Assembly (NCBI GenBank): GCA_018302085.1
Contig: JAGWAF010000003.1
Span: 7,242 to 39,241, forward strand
Length of the DNA: 32,000 nucleotides
Direction of reading: 5' to 3'
DNA from: Candidatus Woesearchaeota archaeon
GTDB lineage: Archaea > Nanobdellota > Nanobdellia > Woesearchaeales > JAGWAF01
Under the pieces are notes generated by a model. That model saw only the letters and a list, made by a program, of their open reading frames with translations, did not search any database and was not told where the DNA came from. Both the position numbers and the translations under genes were made by a program. Shown here one piece after another: positions 23,417-31,147 of this stretch; the stretch's first letter is position 1; every line of letters begins with the position of its first letter.

Positions 23417-24185
23417 CCCTTAGAAGAATATTAAATGCGTCCAGCATGTTACGATGCGCATCCGCCAAGTCTGTTCTTGCAGCATTAAGGAAAACATTCC
23501 CATCATTAAAATTAATGAAAGGTGCACCGGGCAGTTTTACTTTATCATACATGTTATCTGCGCGGTCAATGTTCTCTCTCGCACGCTTAATACTTTGCTC
23601 CGCAGCGTCGAGCTTTGCAAGCGCATTTTTACTATCTGCTTTTTCTGCTGCTGCCCTTAATTTTCCTTCAGATTCCTCAACTTTACTCACAAGATCATTT
23701 GCAATATAAATCCACATATTACCATTGTTTCTTGCAACATCCACCATTAATTCTCCATGAGCCTTTAACATTTTAAGAAAAGTCACACCGAGCTCCAAAC
23801 TATTTTTAACAGAATCAACATCATTTCTCAGGCTGTCAATCTTAGCAAGGTTTGCATCAACATCACTTGCGATGCTTTCCTTAATTTCAGAAGGAACTTT
23901 AGGATTTTCTTCGGCTTCAATCTTTTTCCATTCCAGCCATGCTTCTGCTTCGTCGAGCGCGGCTTGCAACAATGCTTTACCCGTATCTACAACTTTCTTC
24001 TCATTTTCAGGCGTCTTATCCTGCCGATATTCAGATTTTGCTAGGTTATGCTCCTCCCTGAGCTCAGCAGTTCTTTCTTTCGCCTCAAGCCATTGCTGTC
24101 TTGCATCCTGCGCACCTGCATGAACTAGAGACACTTGCAAAGCGATCAGAACAATGAGACAGGTTATAATATTAAATATTTTCAT
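23409..24185 (-). CDS. Secreted all-helical protein, unknown function
   Basis: Start moved to MKIFNIITCLIVLIALQVSLVHAGAQ (signal peptide). The rest is predicted long helices rich in A/E/K/D. Confidence 0.55.
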   Translation of the reverse strand: MKIFNIITCLIVLIALQVSLVHAGAQDARQQWLEAKERTAELREEHNLAKSEYRQDKTPENEKKVVDTGKALLQAALDEAEAWLEWKKIEAEENPKVPSEIKESIASDVDANLAKIDSLRNDVDSVKNSLELGVTFLKMLKAHGELMVDVARNNGNMWIYIANDLVSKVEESEGKLRAAAEKADSKNALAKLDAAEQSIKRARENIDRADNMYDKVKLPGAPFINFNDGNVFLNAARTDLADAHRNMLDAFNILLRGE

Positions 24186-24354
24186 GATTTTCTCCTCCAG
24201 GTGATATAAAATTTTTATAAAATAAAAAAGAGGGACCTGTTTATATTCTTTACGATAAAGTAAAAATGGTCTGAACATAAAATGGTGATAAATTAAGACA
24301 ATAATAAATAGAGGATAACAACATTTATTAACCCTTTTTACAAAAATTGGGTTT

Positions 24355-24945
24355 ATGCAAGAAGCATGGATTATTTGGTTGTTCGCATACGCATTAGGAA
24401 GTATTTCTCCTGCTTATTTTATTGGAAGAAAAATTCTCAAAAAAGATTTACGCAAGCTTGGAACTGGAAATCTAGGAGCACAAAATGTTTTGATTAATGT
24501 GGGTGTTTTTGGTTATGTGCTCTGCGCGGCATTTGATGTCATAAAAGGAATTATTTCAGTTCTTGTTGCGGCCTATTTTGGCTTGCCAGAATACGCACTT
24601 TATGTTGCTGGATTATGCGCAGTTTTAGGACATTGCTTTCCGTTTTATCTAGGATTCCGAGGAGGAAAAGGGATGGCCACCACGATCGGGGCAATTGGAA
24701 CATTGTGGGGGATCTACCTTATTTTTGGAGTGCTCAAGTTTGAAGTCCTAGTGCTTGTAACTGGTGCCTTATTTGTGTTCTACACATTGTTTATGGTTTA
24801 CCTCACCTTTCGCTACAAGAAAAAAATTGAAAAATTAGGAGAACGACAACAAAAAATTGACGAACTACACCAACGCTTACTTTTGCAAGAAACTAAAAGA
24901 AAAAAATCAAAACCTGAGCAACCAAGCCAGCAAAAACTGGAATAA
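24355..24945 (+). CDS. plsY: PlsY-family glycerol-3-phosphate acyltransferase homologue
   Basis: LGSISPAYF, GTGNLGAQNV, FDVIKG, LGHCFPFYLGFRGGKGMATTIG align motif-for-motif with bacterial PlsY (GSIS..., GSGNPGATNV, FDVLKG, LGHIWP..GFKGGKGVAT). Lys/Gln-rich C-terminal tail. Confidence 0.75.
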   Translation: MQEAWIIWLFAYALGSISPAYFIGRKILKKDLRKLGTGNLGAQNVLINVGVFGYVLCAAFDVIKGIISVLVAAYFGLPEYALYVAGLCAVLGHCFPFYLGFRGGKGMATTIGAIGTLWGIYLIFGVLKFEVLVLVTGALFVFYTLFMVYLTFRYKKKIEKLGERQQKIDELHQRLLLQETKRKKSKPEQPSQQKLE

Positions 24946-25450
24946 GAAAATTATCTTCTAAAGTTTCTGTTGTGAGTTCTACAAGCGAGGCGACTAGCGC
25001 TGTAATGATAAGGATCGGGATATTTTGTAAAAAGAAAAAACCAGAAAAAATGTTAACAGCTAAGCCCGCGGTTGTTCCTTCCACACTTTTCTTTCTGTAC
25101 AGTTTATGTTTTCCAAAGATTCTGCCAATAATGCCTGACGCTGCATCACCGAATGCCATCATGGTGATAACCGCGTAGGCCACTTCTTTTTGGTAGATGA
25201 TGATACAAAAAAACATTCCCAACAAAGTTAATGTACCAGTATTAAAAGAGAAAGCTGCTTTTTGCTTGAAAAGTTTATGAAGCACTGGAACATTAATTTT
25301 AAACTCAGTGCGCAAGACGTCGATGAGAAGGCAGAGAAAAATTAGCGCGACAATGGGAAGTAGGCCATAAAAATGATAGAGTAGGAGAACTCCAAACCAA
25401 GAAAGATGAAAACATTTTCTTCCTATCTCTTGCCAGCCTAATTTTGTCAT
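24893..25450 (-). CDS. CTP-dependent polyprenol (dolichol) kinase / CdsA-family membrane protein
   Basis: MMAFGDAASGIIGRIFGKHKLYRKKSVEGTTAG motif. Multi-TM. Start moved to ATG 25450, because the track start 25564 lies inside tRNA-His. The 3' end overlaps plsY convergently by about 53 nt. Confidence 0.65.
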   Translation of the reverse strand: MTKLGWQEIGRKCFHLSWFGVLLLYHFYGLLPIVALIFLCLLIDVLRTEFKINVPVLHKLFKQKAAFSFNTGTLTLLGMFFCIIIYQKEVAYAVITMMAFGDAASGIIGRIFGKHKLYRKKSVEGTTAGLAVNIFSGFFFLQNIPILIITALVASLVELTTETLEDNFLIPVFAGLVAQVLIFFF

Positions 25451-25492
25451 AAATAATTTATTATTTTGGGATATATAAATATAGTGAGAAAA

Positions 25493-25568
25493 TGGGGCGG
25501 TGACCGAGAATCGAACTCGGATCTCAGCCTCCACAGGGCTGAATACTAACCACTGTACGATCACCGCC
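25493..25568 (-). tRNA. tRNA-His (anticodon GTG) with genome-encoded G-1 and CCA
   Basis: Hand fold: G(-1)-GCGGTGA...TCACCGC-C-CCA, D-arm GTAC/GTAT, anticodon stem CAGCC/GGCTG with loop CTGTGGA, T-arm CCGAG-TTCGATT-CTCGG. Confidence 0.85.
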
Positions 25569-25594
25569 GTCCTGCTGAGAAGAAGGTTGCTGCT

Positions 25595-26122
25595 TTATAA
25601 AAGTTTAGCTTTCCCGAACAGCATTTTTTCCCGGATTATAAGTAGGGAGTAGGGAAGCATAAATGCGGCCGTATATGTAATGGCAATCAGCCAATAGTTG
25701 TGGGTCTGAAAACCAAAACCAATTAGGGTATCGACATAATTCGTAAGATCTGTGATCATGGCGACGCTTAGAAAAGAAAAAATTGGTAGTAGAAGCCAAT
25801 TCAGGATATGCTGATGGGGAAGTTTGAGCTCGATATGGTATAAAATATTAATAAATAAAAAACCAAACAAAAATGCAAAAACAAATACCAGAAAAAACAA
25901 CCAAAAGCCCTGAGCAACCATAAGGATTGGAACGAGAAGCACCGCCAGAACAAAATTTCCAATAAGACCTAGGAGCAGGGCAGACCAGTACAGACTCAGA
26001 TCAAAGATCTTAATCCAGGGTTGTTTACGTTCGTGCGCACGCTCGACAATGGCAACGGTTTTCTCAATATCATCCGGATGCCAACCCTTTTCGTATAAAC
26101 GCGCACGCAAGTGTTTTTTCAT
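25595..26122 (-). CDS. Membrane protein, unknown function
   Basis: Soluble N-terminal segment of about 45 aa, then 4-5 hydrophobic helices. Confidence 0.55.
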   Translation of the reverse strand: MKKHLRARLYEKGWHPDDIEKTVAIVERAHERKQPWIKIFDLSLYWSALLLGLIGNFVLAVLLVPILMVAQGFWLFFLVFVFAFLFGFLFINILYHIELKLPHQHILNWLLLPIFSFLSVAMITDLTNYVDTLIGFGFQTHNYWLIAITYTAAFMLPYSLLIIREKMLFGKAKLL

Positions 26123-26199
26123 GATTTAGCTGTTTTAGTATTTTGATCTTTTAAATGTTATTGATTTTTAGCGCCCCGGGAAAGAAATATAGTATAAAA

Positions 26200-26661
26200 C
26201 TACTTCTCAAGCATGGCTTGAATGTACTCTAAGAATTCCTTTGTACGTTCAAAGTAATCAAAGATAATATCGATTGTAATTTCGATTTCCGCATCTTCCA
26301 AATAAGCTGTCATCGTTACGTGACGCCTATACTCACGCGCGCGGGCAAACTCTGCCTTGTGGATTTTGCGCAGAAGCAAATAAAGACGGAGAAAGGTCTT
26401 CATCTGTTCATCATGATCGAACAGCTGCTTAAGCACGTCTACCCTTACCTTAGGAATCGTCGGGATTTCAGTAATTTTCTTTTGCTGCTTTAATTTTTCA
26501 AACAATGAGTCAGTGGTAAAATCAAATGCATTGATTAAACGCTCAATAATACTTTTCAGAACGTCAACGGTTCTTGTATATTTCAAACTAACAAACATGA
26601 GATGATCTGCGCGCTTCATCTCTTCTTTTGCTTTTTCAAAGGATTCACTAAGCATGGCCAT
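26200..26661 (-). CDS. Small helical hypothetical protein
   Basis: 153 aa. The N-terminal helix MKRADHLMFVSLKYTRTVDVLKSIIERL parallels that of the adjacent 111-aa ORF. 14-nt overlap with it. Confidence 0.5.
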   Translation of the reverse strand: MAMLSESFEKAKEEMKRADHLMFVSLKYTRTVDVLKSIIERLINAFDFTTDSLFEKLKQQKKITEIPTIPKVRVDVLKQLFDHDEQMKTFLRLYLLLRKIHKAEFARAREYRRHVTMTAYLEDAEIEITIDIIFDYFERTKEFLEYIQAMLEK

Positions 26662-26983
26662 ACTTCTTACAGACTTCTATTAACTCATCGACTTTTTTAG
26701 TATCCAATTTTGTTGTTGTATACACGTCATTGCACATGACCAACTTCTTATCCCGCACAAATTCAACGGCGGCTCGATCATGTTTATCCAAGATCATTCT
26801 GATCTCCTCAAGCTTTACTGCATCTTCTTTTGTGGGACGACATTGAATAATGAAAGGGATTGTTTTGTTCAATTCTTTAATCGCATCTAAAAGCACACGG
26901 GGTTCCTTTGCTAAAGGGTACACGACACGTAACAACTGCTCTGCACGGTTGACATGGTTGAGAATGGACGTTCTGGCATTCAT
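26648..26983 (-). CDS. Small helical hypothetical protein (distant paralogue of 26200-26661)
   Basis: VNRAEQLLRVVYPLAKEPRVLLDAIKELNKTI. 4-nt overlap with the nac stop. Confidence 0.5.
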   Translation of the reverse strand: MNARTSILNHVNRAEQLLRVVYPLAKEPRVLLDAIKELNKTIPFIIQCRPTKEDAVKLEEIRMILDKHDRAAVEFVRDKKLVMCNDVYTTTKLDTKKVDELIEVCKKYGHA

Positions 26984-27324
26984 TGCTGTAGTTCCATGAT
27001 CGCTGCAGCCAAGTCACCTTTATTTTTTTGTAAAAGTTCCCTAGCTTTTGCAGCATTCACGCCAGTTTGTTCAACAATGGTACGAATGTCTTCCTCACTG
27101 ATGTCGGGCGTTGTATCCAACGATTGCTCGTGAATATTGCCCACAATTTGAAATGTTTGCTGCCCCATCATGTTCACTTTACTCACTTGGGGTTCCGTAA
27201 TAATAATCTGTTTATCCTTTGTTTTGATAATAACTTCCGTTGCATCAATTTCCTGCTGTGCGATGCCCATGCGCTTCATCATCTGCTGCATTTGACGAGG
27301 GTTAACACCAGGAAACATTGTCAT
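26980..27324 (-). CDS. nac: Nascent polypeptide-associated complex protein (archaeal NAC, NAC plus UBA domains)
   Basis: NPRQMQQMMKRMGI...VIIKTKDKQIIITEPQV...C-terminal UBA-like EEDIRTIVEQTGVNAAKARELLQKNKGDLAAAIMEL. Confidence 0.85.
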   Translation of the reverse strand: MTMFPGVNPRQMQQMMKRMGIAQQEIDATEVIIKTKDKQIIITEPQVSKVNMMGQQTFQIVGNIHEQSLDTTPDISEEDIRTIVEQTGVNAAKARELLQKNKGDLAAAIMELQQ

Positions 27325-27329
27325 TCACC

Positions 27330-27512
27330 TTAAGGAAGACCAAACCAACCTTTACCGTACAGGTGGAGCAGAACGACGATAGCCACGACCAAAACAGTAA
27401 GAATAATCACCTGGCCCGGCTTAAACATAAATTTGGAGGGAACTTCATCTGAATACCTTGTTATTCCAGCACCACTGGAGGGCATTGAAATCTTATTGTC
27501 AGCCATACCCAA
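27330..27512 (-). CDS. secG: Preprotein translocase subunit Sec61-beta (archaeal SecG)
   Basis: SSGAGITRYSDE...single C-terminal TM (VIILTVLVVAIVVLLHLY). 60 aa. Confidence 0.75.
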   Translation of the reverse strand: MGMADNKISMPSSGAGITRYSDEVPSKFMFKPGQVIILTVLVVAIVVLLHLYGKGWFGLP

Positions 27513-27598
27513 TTTATAAGTAGACCGAACTATATAAAGGTTTGGGGAAAAAATAAGAAAAAGTCGTGCGGGCTAATCAGAAAGAATTGGATTTTGCC

Positions 27599-28267
27599 CT
27601 ATCTTCCGTCTTCTTCACCAAGTGTGCTCAATAACTTCTTTTTTACCTTTGAATATTCATGAAGATTAAGATTCAGGTGTTTAAAATCCCTGAATGCCCT
27701 TATGATCTCTTTGAGCCGCAACCGATAGCTCTCTAACTTATATTTTTTCAATAAACGGTGGTATTTACCAAAATCAATTTTTGCATAACACAGAAGAGTC
27801 ATAATGTCTATTCTATCCTTTTGCCCTTTGACGCTGTCTCTTCGATCATTTTCTGCCCCTTGTTTTAAAATCAGAAGGATTTCAGGAAGAATGACCTCAA
27901 AACCTTCAATAAATGACGTCTCTTTTGAAATGTCTTCGATTGGAAGCGTGAGTCTTGAATAATACGGGGTATAAATGTCTAGGTCGATATCTTCAAATTT
28001 GATTTCGTATTTTTTTAACGCATCATTCTTGTTGAGAGAATATTTCTGTCGGAGAAAATCCAAATCTTTTATGTCTGGAAGAAGAATGTCAATATCCTTT
28101 GATTTATGTTGTCTTGTCCAAAGATACGCCGCCCACCCACCAATCACAACAAACCTAAAGTGTTCGCCTTTCAATTCCTGCATTTTTTTCCAGCTTTTTT
28201 CTGTCAGCAGACTATTCCAGAATTCCATGCAATCGTGCCTCCAGAGCTTTAAGAAACTCCTTTGCAT
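27599..28267 (-). CDS. Nucleotidyltransferase-fold protein, AbiEii/DUF1814-like (putative toxin)
   Basis: FVVIGGWAAYLWTRQHKSKDIDILL (G-G...D-x-D NTase motif) and LILKQGAENDRRDSVKGQKDRIDIMTLL. The start may be the internal ATG at 28228. Overlaps the upstream wHTH gene. Confidence 0.55.
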   Translation of the reverse strand: MQRSFLKLWRHDCMEFWNSLLTEKSWKKMQELKGEHFRFVVIGGWAAYLWTRQHKSKDIDILLPDIKDLDFLRQKYSLNKNDALKKYEIKFEDIDLDIYTPYYSRLTLPIEDISKETSFIEGFEVILPEILLILKQGAENDRRDSVKGQKDRIDIMTLLCYAKIDFGKYHRLLKKYKLESYRLRLKEIIRAFRDFKHLNLNLHEYSKVKKKLLSTLGEEDGR

Positions 28268-28796
28268 ACCATTCCCTCAAATTCCACAAATCCACGAAAG
28301 TGTGTGCAATTGTCGTGACCTTCCCATATTTTTCAATGAAACGATCCTTCTTCATGATAAAGAGATTTGGAACACCCTTACATTTTGGAAATCTTTTCAC
28401 CAGACTTTCATCGCCATAAACATACACTTCAGAATAATCCGCAGGAACATCATTATACAAAAATTTGTAAGCTGTATATCCACCAAAAACAACGGTGTCA
28501 GGCATAGATTTTTCTAGTTCAACAACCGGTCTTTCAACTCTCGTGGCGTAAAGAATATCTTTCTGCAAGTTTCTTGTGCTTGCCCAATGATAAAGTATCT
28601 TCTTAATATCGATGATGTGGAAGTTTCTTGGCGCTATCTCCACAGCACCCATCCTCTCTAAAAGTTTTACAGAACGATTGATCGTACTTAGGGAAACATG
28701 CAAGACCCTGGCGAGTTCTGCTTGTGTCAAATTCCTGTTTTTTTTCTCAATAGCCTGATACAGCACTTCTCTGAAAATAAGTTCGGTTTTTCTCAT
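28212..28796 (-). CDS. wHTH protein, AbiEi-like (putative antitoxin/regulator)
   Basis: LTQAELARVLHVSLSTINRSVKLLERMGAV HTH, with C-terminal VVFGGYTAYKFLY...VYVYG. Start set at ATG 28796, 26 nt after the TATA atttaaatat. The longer track ORF (to 29000) runs into RNase P RNA. Confidence 0.55.
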   Translation of the reverse strand: MRKTELIFREVLYQAIEKKNRNLTQAELARVLHVSLSTINRSVKLLERMGAVEIAPRNFHIIDIKKILYHWASTRNLQKDILYATRVERPVVELEKSMPDTVVFGGYTAYKFLYNDVPADYSEVYVYGDESLVKRFPKCKGVPNLFIMKKDRFIEKYGKVTTIAHTFVDLWNLREWYAKEFLKALEARLHGILE

Positions 28797-28880
28797 CTTT
28801 CGATAATGATGACAGGGCATATTTAAATCTTTCGATAAAATGCGAAAGATATAAAGTTTGAAAGAAAAGAAGAAAAATAG

Positions 28881-29169
28881 GGAAATGATAAGCCGCCTTT
28901 TGTCAGACTCCGTTAGGACAGTCTGTCTTCGCATTAAACTTAGCGTCACAAAGGACTTGCACGGGCCAGGGCTATCCGTTTCACCGTTTCCAAAAAACAA
29001 GCTCGGCTGGTTAGCTCAGTTTTGTTGCCAAAACCTTCGCAAGCCTCATCGCGAATCTTGGGCGTTCCGTTTCTGAGATGTTGCCATCCCTTACAGGATC
29101 CTTTACAGGTGGCCTTTTCTAGCGTGGGCGGACTTTCCTCAGCATTGAAGCCGGAGCGAAGTCATTTCC
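28881..29169 (-). ncRNA. rnpB: RNase P RNA (archaeal type A)
   Basis: Minus strand carries CR-I GAGGAAAGTCCGCCC and CR-V ACAAAAGGCGGCTTATC, with P4 complementarity (AGTCCGCC/GGCGGCTT). P1 is ggaaatga (rc of 29162-29169) pairing with tcatttcc (rc of 28881-28888). GC-rich and ORF-free. Confidence 0.85.
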
Positions 29170-29198
29170 CCATTTAGGATATAATACATGATCTGACT

Positions 29199-29996
29199 TT
29201 ATAAAGATTTGGTACTAGGATCTGGGAGGATTCCTTCGTATACTAATCCTTTTAATTCTTTAGTAAATGTTTTATCAATCTGGCGATGTAATATATGAAA
29301 TAAAATAAGAAGCCGTAGAAAATCTTTGTGAAGTTGGTTTAGTCCTATTTTTTCGGATTTGTTTTTTTGGTTATCCACAAAATGGTAAACTACAGTGTCC
29401 CTGCCTATAGAGTAATTAAAATGTGCAATAGCATTTCTTAAATTTTTATTTAAATGCTTGAATAAATCGCTAAATTCTTCATAGTCTTTATTTCTGATTA
29501 TAGCCTCATACAGTTTTTCTAGTACAACATAGGGTAATTCTTTATCCTTTTTTGATTGGTATATATTTTTTATTATATCTTCAAATAGAAATAATATTGA
29601 TTCTGATAACATTAAATATGAAAATAAAATTATCTGAACTGAATGTCTTCTTCGATACCCAGAAAAAATATTGCATATTGAAGTTATCATATTAGTTTTA
29701 GAAAATCGTAAATAGATTGAAAGCATATCTTCAAAATTGGTCTTGTTTTGCTGGTTACGAATAAAATTTTTTAATAATTTATCTGGTGCTGGGAATAATA
29801 TTTGCTCAGATTTAAGAAATCCTTCCTGTTTTAATTTTAAAAATAACTTTTCTGACAAAACAATATATTTGTCTACTTCATTTTTAAAATCAACATCCCC
29901 ACCAATAGCCTTTTTATAATCATCAGAAGAGATTGGGCCTATATATTTTTCAAAATAATATTTTTTCTCTTTTTCGAGATATTCGCGCATTCTCAT
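29199..29996 (-). CDS. AT-rich hypothetical protein with an Rx4H motif (HEPN-like, Abi2/AbiD-AbiF-like?)
   Basis: 265 aa. LNKNLRNAIAHFNY contains R-N-A-I-A-H (the Rx4H of HEPN RNases, as in RNxxAH of Abi_2). Markedly lower GC than the neighbours. Confidence 0.4.
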   Translation of the reverse strand: MRMREYLEKEKKYYFEKYIGPISSDDYKKAIGGDVDFKNEVDKYIVLSEKLFLKLKQEGFLKSEQILFPAPDKLLKNFIRNQQNKTNFEDMLSIYLRFSKTNMITSICNIFSGYRRRHSVQIILFSYLMLSESILFLFEDIIKNIYQSKKDKELPYVVLEKLYEAIIRNKDYEEFSDLFKHLNKNLRNAIAHFNYSIGRDTVVYHFVDNQKNKSEKIGLNQLHKDFLRLLILFHILHRQIDKTFTKELKGLVYEGILPDPSTKSL

Positions 29997-31147
29997 TTCT
30001 CAAAAATAAGGATGGTGAATTCTTCCTGGCCCTGCCAGATTTGGCGTTGGGAGTGCAGGGGAAGTTTTACGCGCTCTGCTTCAGGGAGAAAATGATCGGG
30101 ATGCTTGCACAGCAGTACAAGTTTTCCTTTTTTCTTAAGTAAGAATGCTACTTCGTCAAAGAATTGTGTGTAGAGCCTGCGTAACTTGTTTTCATTTGCG
30201 CGTTGGGAAAGAATTGGAGGTTGGGTAACTATGCAATCAAACGTATCTCCTTCAAATTTTGCATCGAGATAATTAATTTCTGTTCTGCTGTAATTCAAAA
30301 AATCATACACTCCTGCCACTTTTGCATTTTTCTTTGTGGAAGCAATATGAGTGAAGGAATCTCCAATGGCCCAGATCTTTGCTTTGACTTCTTTTTTTTG
30401 TTTTTTATCAAGCGTTTCTGTCAAGTGGAGTGCGACATCCTCTTTACAAAAGAACAAATTCTTTTTCCTGAAAAAATTAATGGAACGATGACATGCGTGA
30501 AACGCGGCTTCTATGGGAATCGTACCAGAACCACAGAACGGATCGAGAATGGATTTTCCCTCTTCGAATCCTGCCAAGCGTGTCAGAGCATACGCGAGAG
30601 GACCTTTCAAAGATTGAGCGCCGATAAAAATTTTATAATCTCTCTTGGAGAGGTCAATCCCTGCAATATCAAGACCGAACATCGCTTCCTCTTTTGTGAT
30701 GAACAAAATGAAAGGAATTTGCGGATTTTGATACACTGCCTTTGCCCTTGTGAAATCCGCAATTGGTTTGGCAAGTTCTGCTGCAATATCAGGAGAAGAA
30801 GTTTCTGAAGAATAATTTTCTTTAATACAAGTAATGTTAAAGGTTGCGTTTTGAGAAATTATATCCTTTATTTTTTTCTGATCAAGTTGCACGATCATTT
30901 TTTTAATAATAATCTCATAGGACTCGTGATGGTGTTTTACAAAAGAAAAAATTTCAACAACTTTACGAGCAGATTGCGAAAAATATGTGATGTGAAAAAG
31001 ATCTTCTTTCTTTTCGAAAGGAAAAAGAACAAAGGATGAACACACGACACCCTTTTTGTTAAGAAGCTCCTCAATTTCCTGGGCTGCAATATCTTCCATG
31101 CCAGGAAGAGTAAGCAACGCTGCCTCAGATTTCGCCATGTTCTTCAA
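29993..31147 (-). CDS. THUMP-domain RNA (guanine-N2) methyltransferase (Trm14/Trm11/RlmL-like)
   Basis: N-terminal ALLTLPGMEDIAAQEIEEL (THUMP-protein start pattern). SAM motif I ILDPFCGSGTIPIEAA. Motif IV-like IVTQPP. Confidence 0.7.
   Translation of the reverse strand: MKNMAKSEAALLTLPGMEDIAAQEIEELLNKKGVVCSSFVLFPFEKKEDLFHITYFSQSARKVVEIFSFVKHHHESYEIIIKKMIVQLDQKKIKDIISQNATFNITCIKENYSSETSSPDIAAELAKPIADFTRAKAVYQNPQIPFILFITKEEAMFGLDIAGIDLSKRDYKIFIGAQSLKGPLAYALTRLAGFEEGKSILDPFCGSGTIPIEAAFHACHRSINFFRKKNLFFCKEDVALHLTETLDKKQKKEVKAKIWAIGDSFTHIASTKKNAKVAGVYDFLNYSRTEINYLDAKFEGDTFDCIVTQPPILSQRANENKLRRLYTQFFDEVAFLLKKKGKLVLLCKHPDHFLPEAERVKLPLHSQRQIWQGQEEFTILIFEK

Noticed and set aside
24893-25564. Longer ORF start at 25564 for the CdsA-like gene
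   Set aside because: The extension is the reverse complement of tRNA-His (25493-25568). The start was reset to ATG 25450.
28797-29000. N-terminal extension of the wHTH ORF to 29000
   Set aside because: It overlaps the 3' part of RNase P RNA and contains the gene's own TATA box. ATG 28796 sits at leaderless distance from that TATA.
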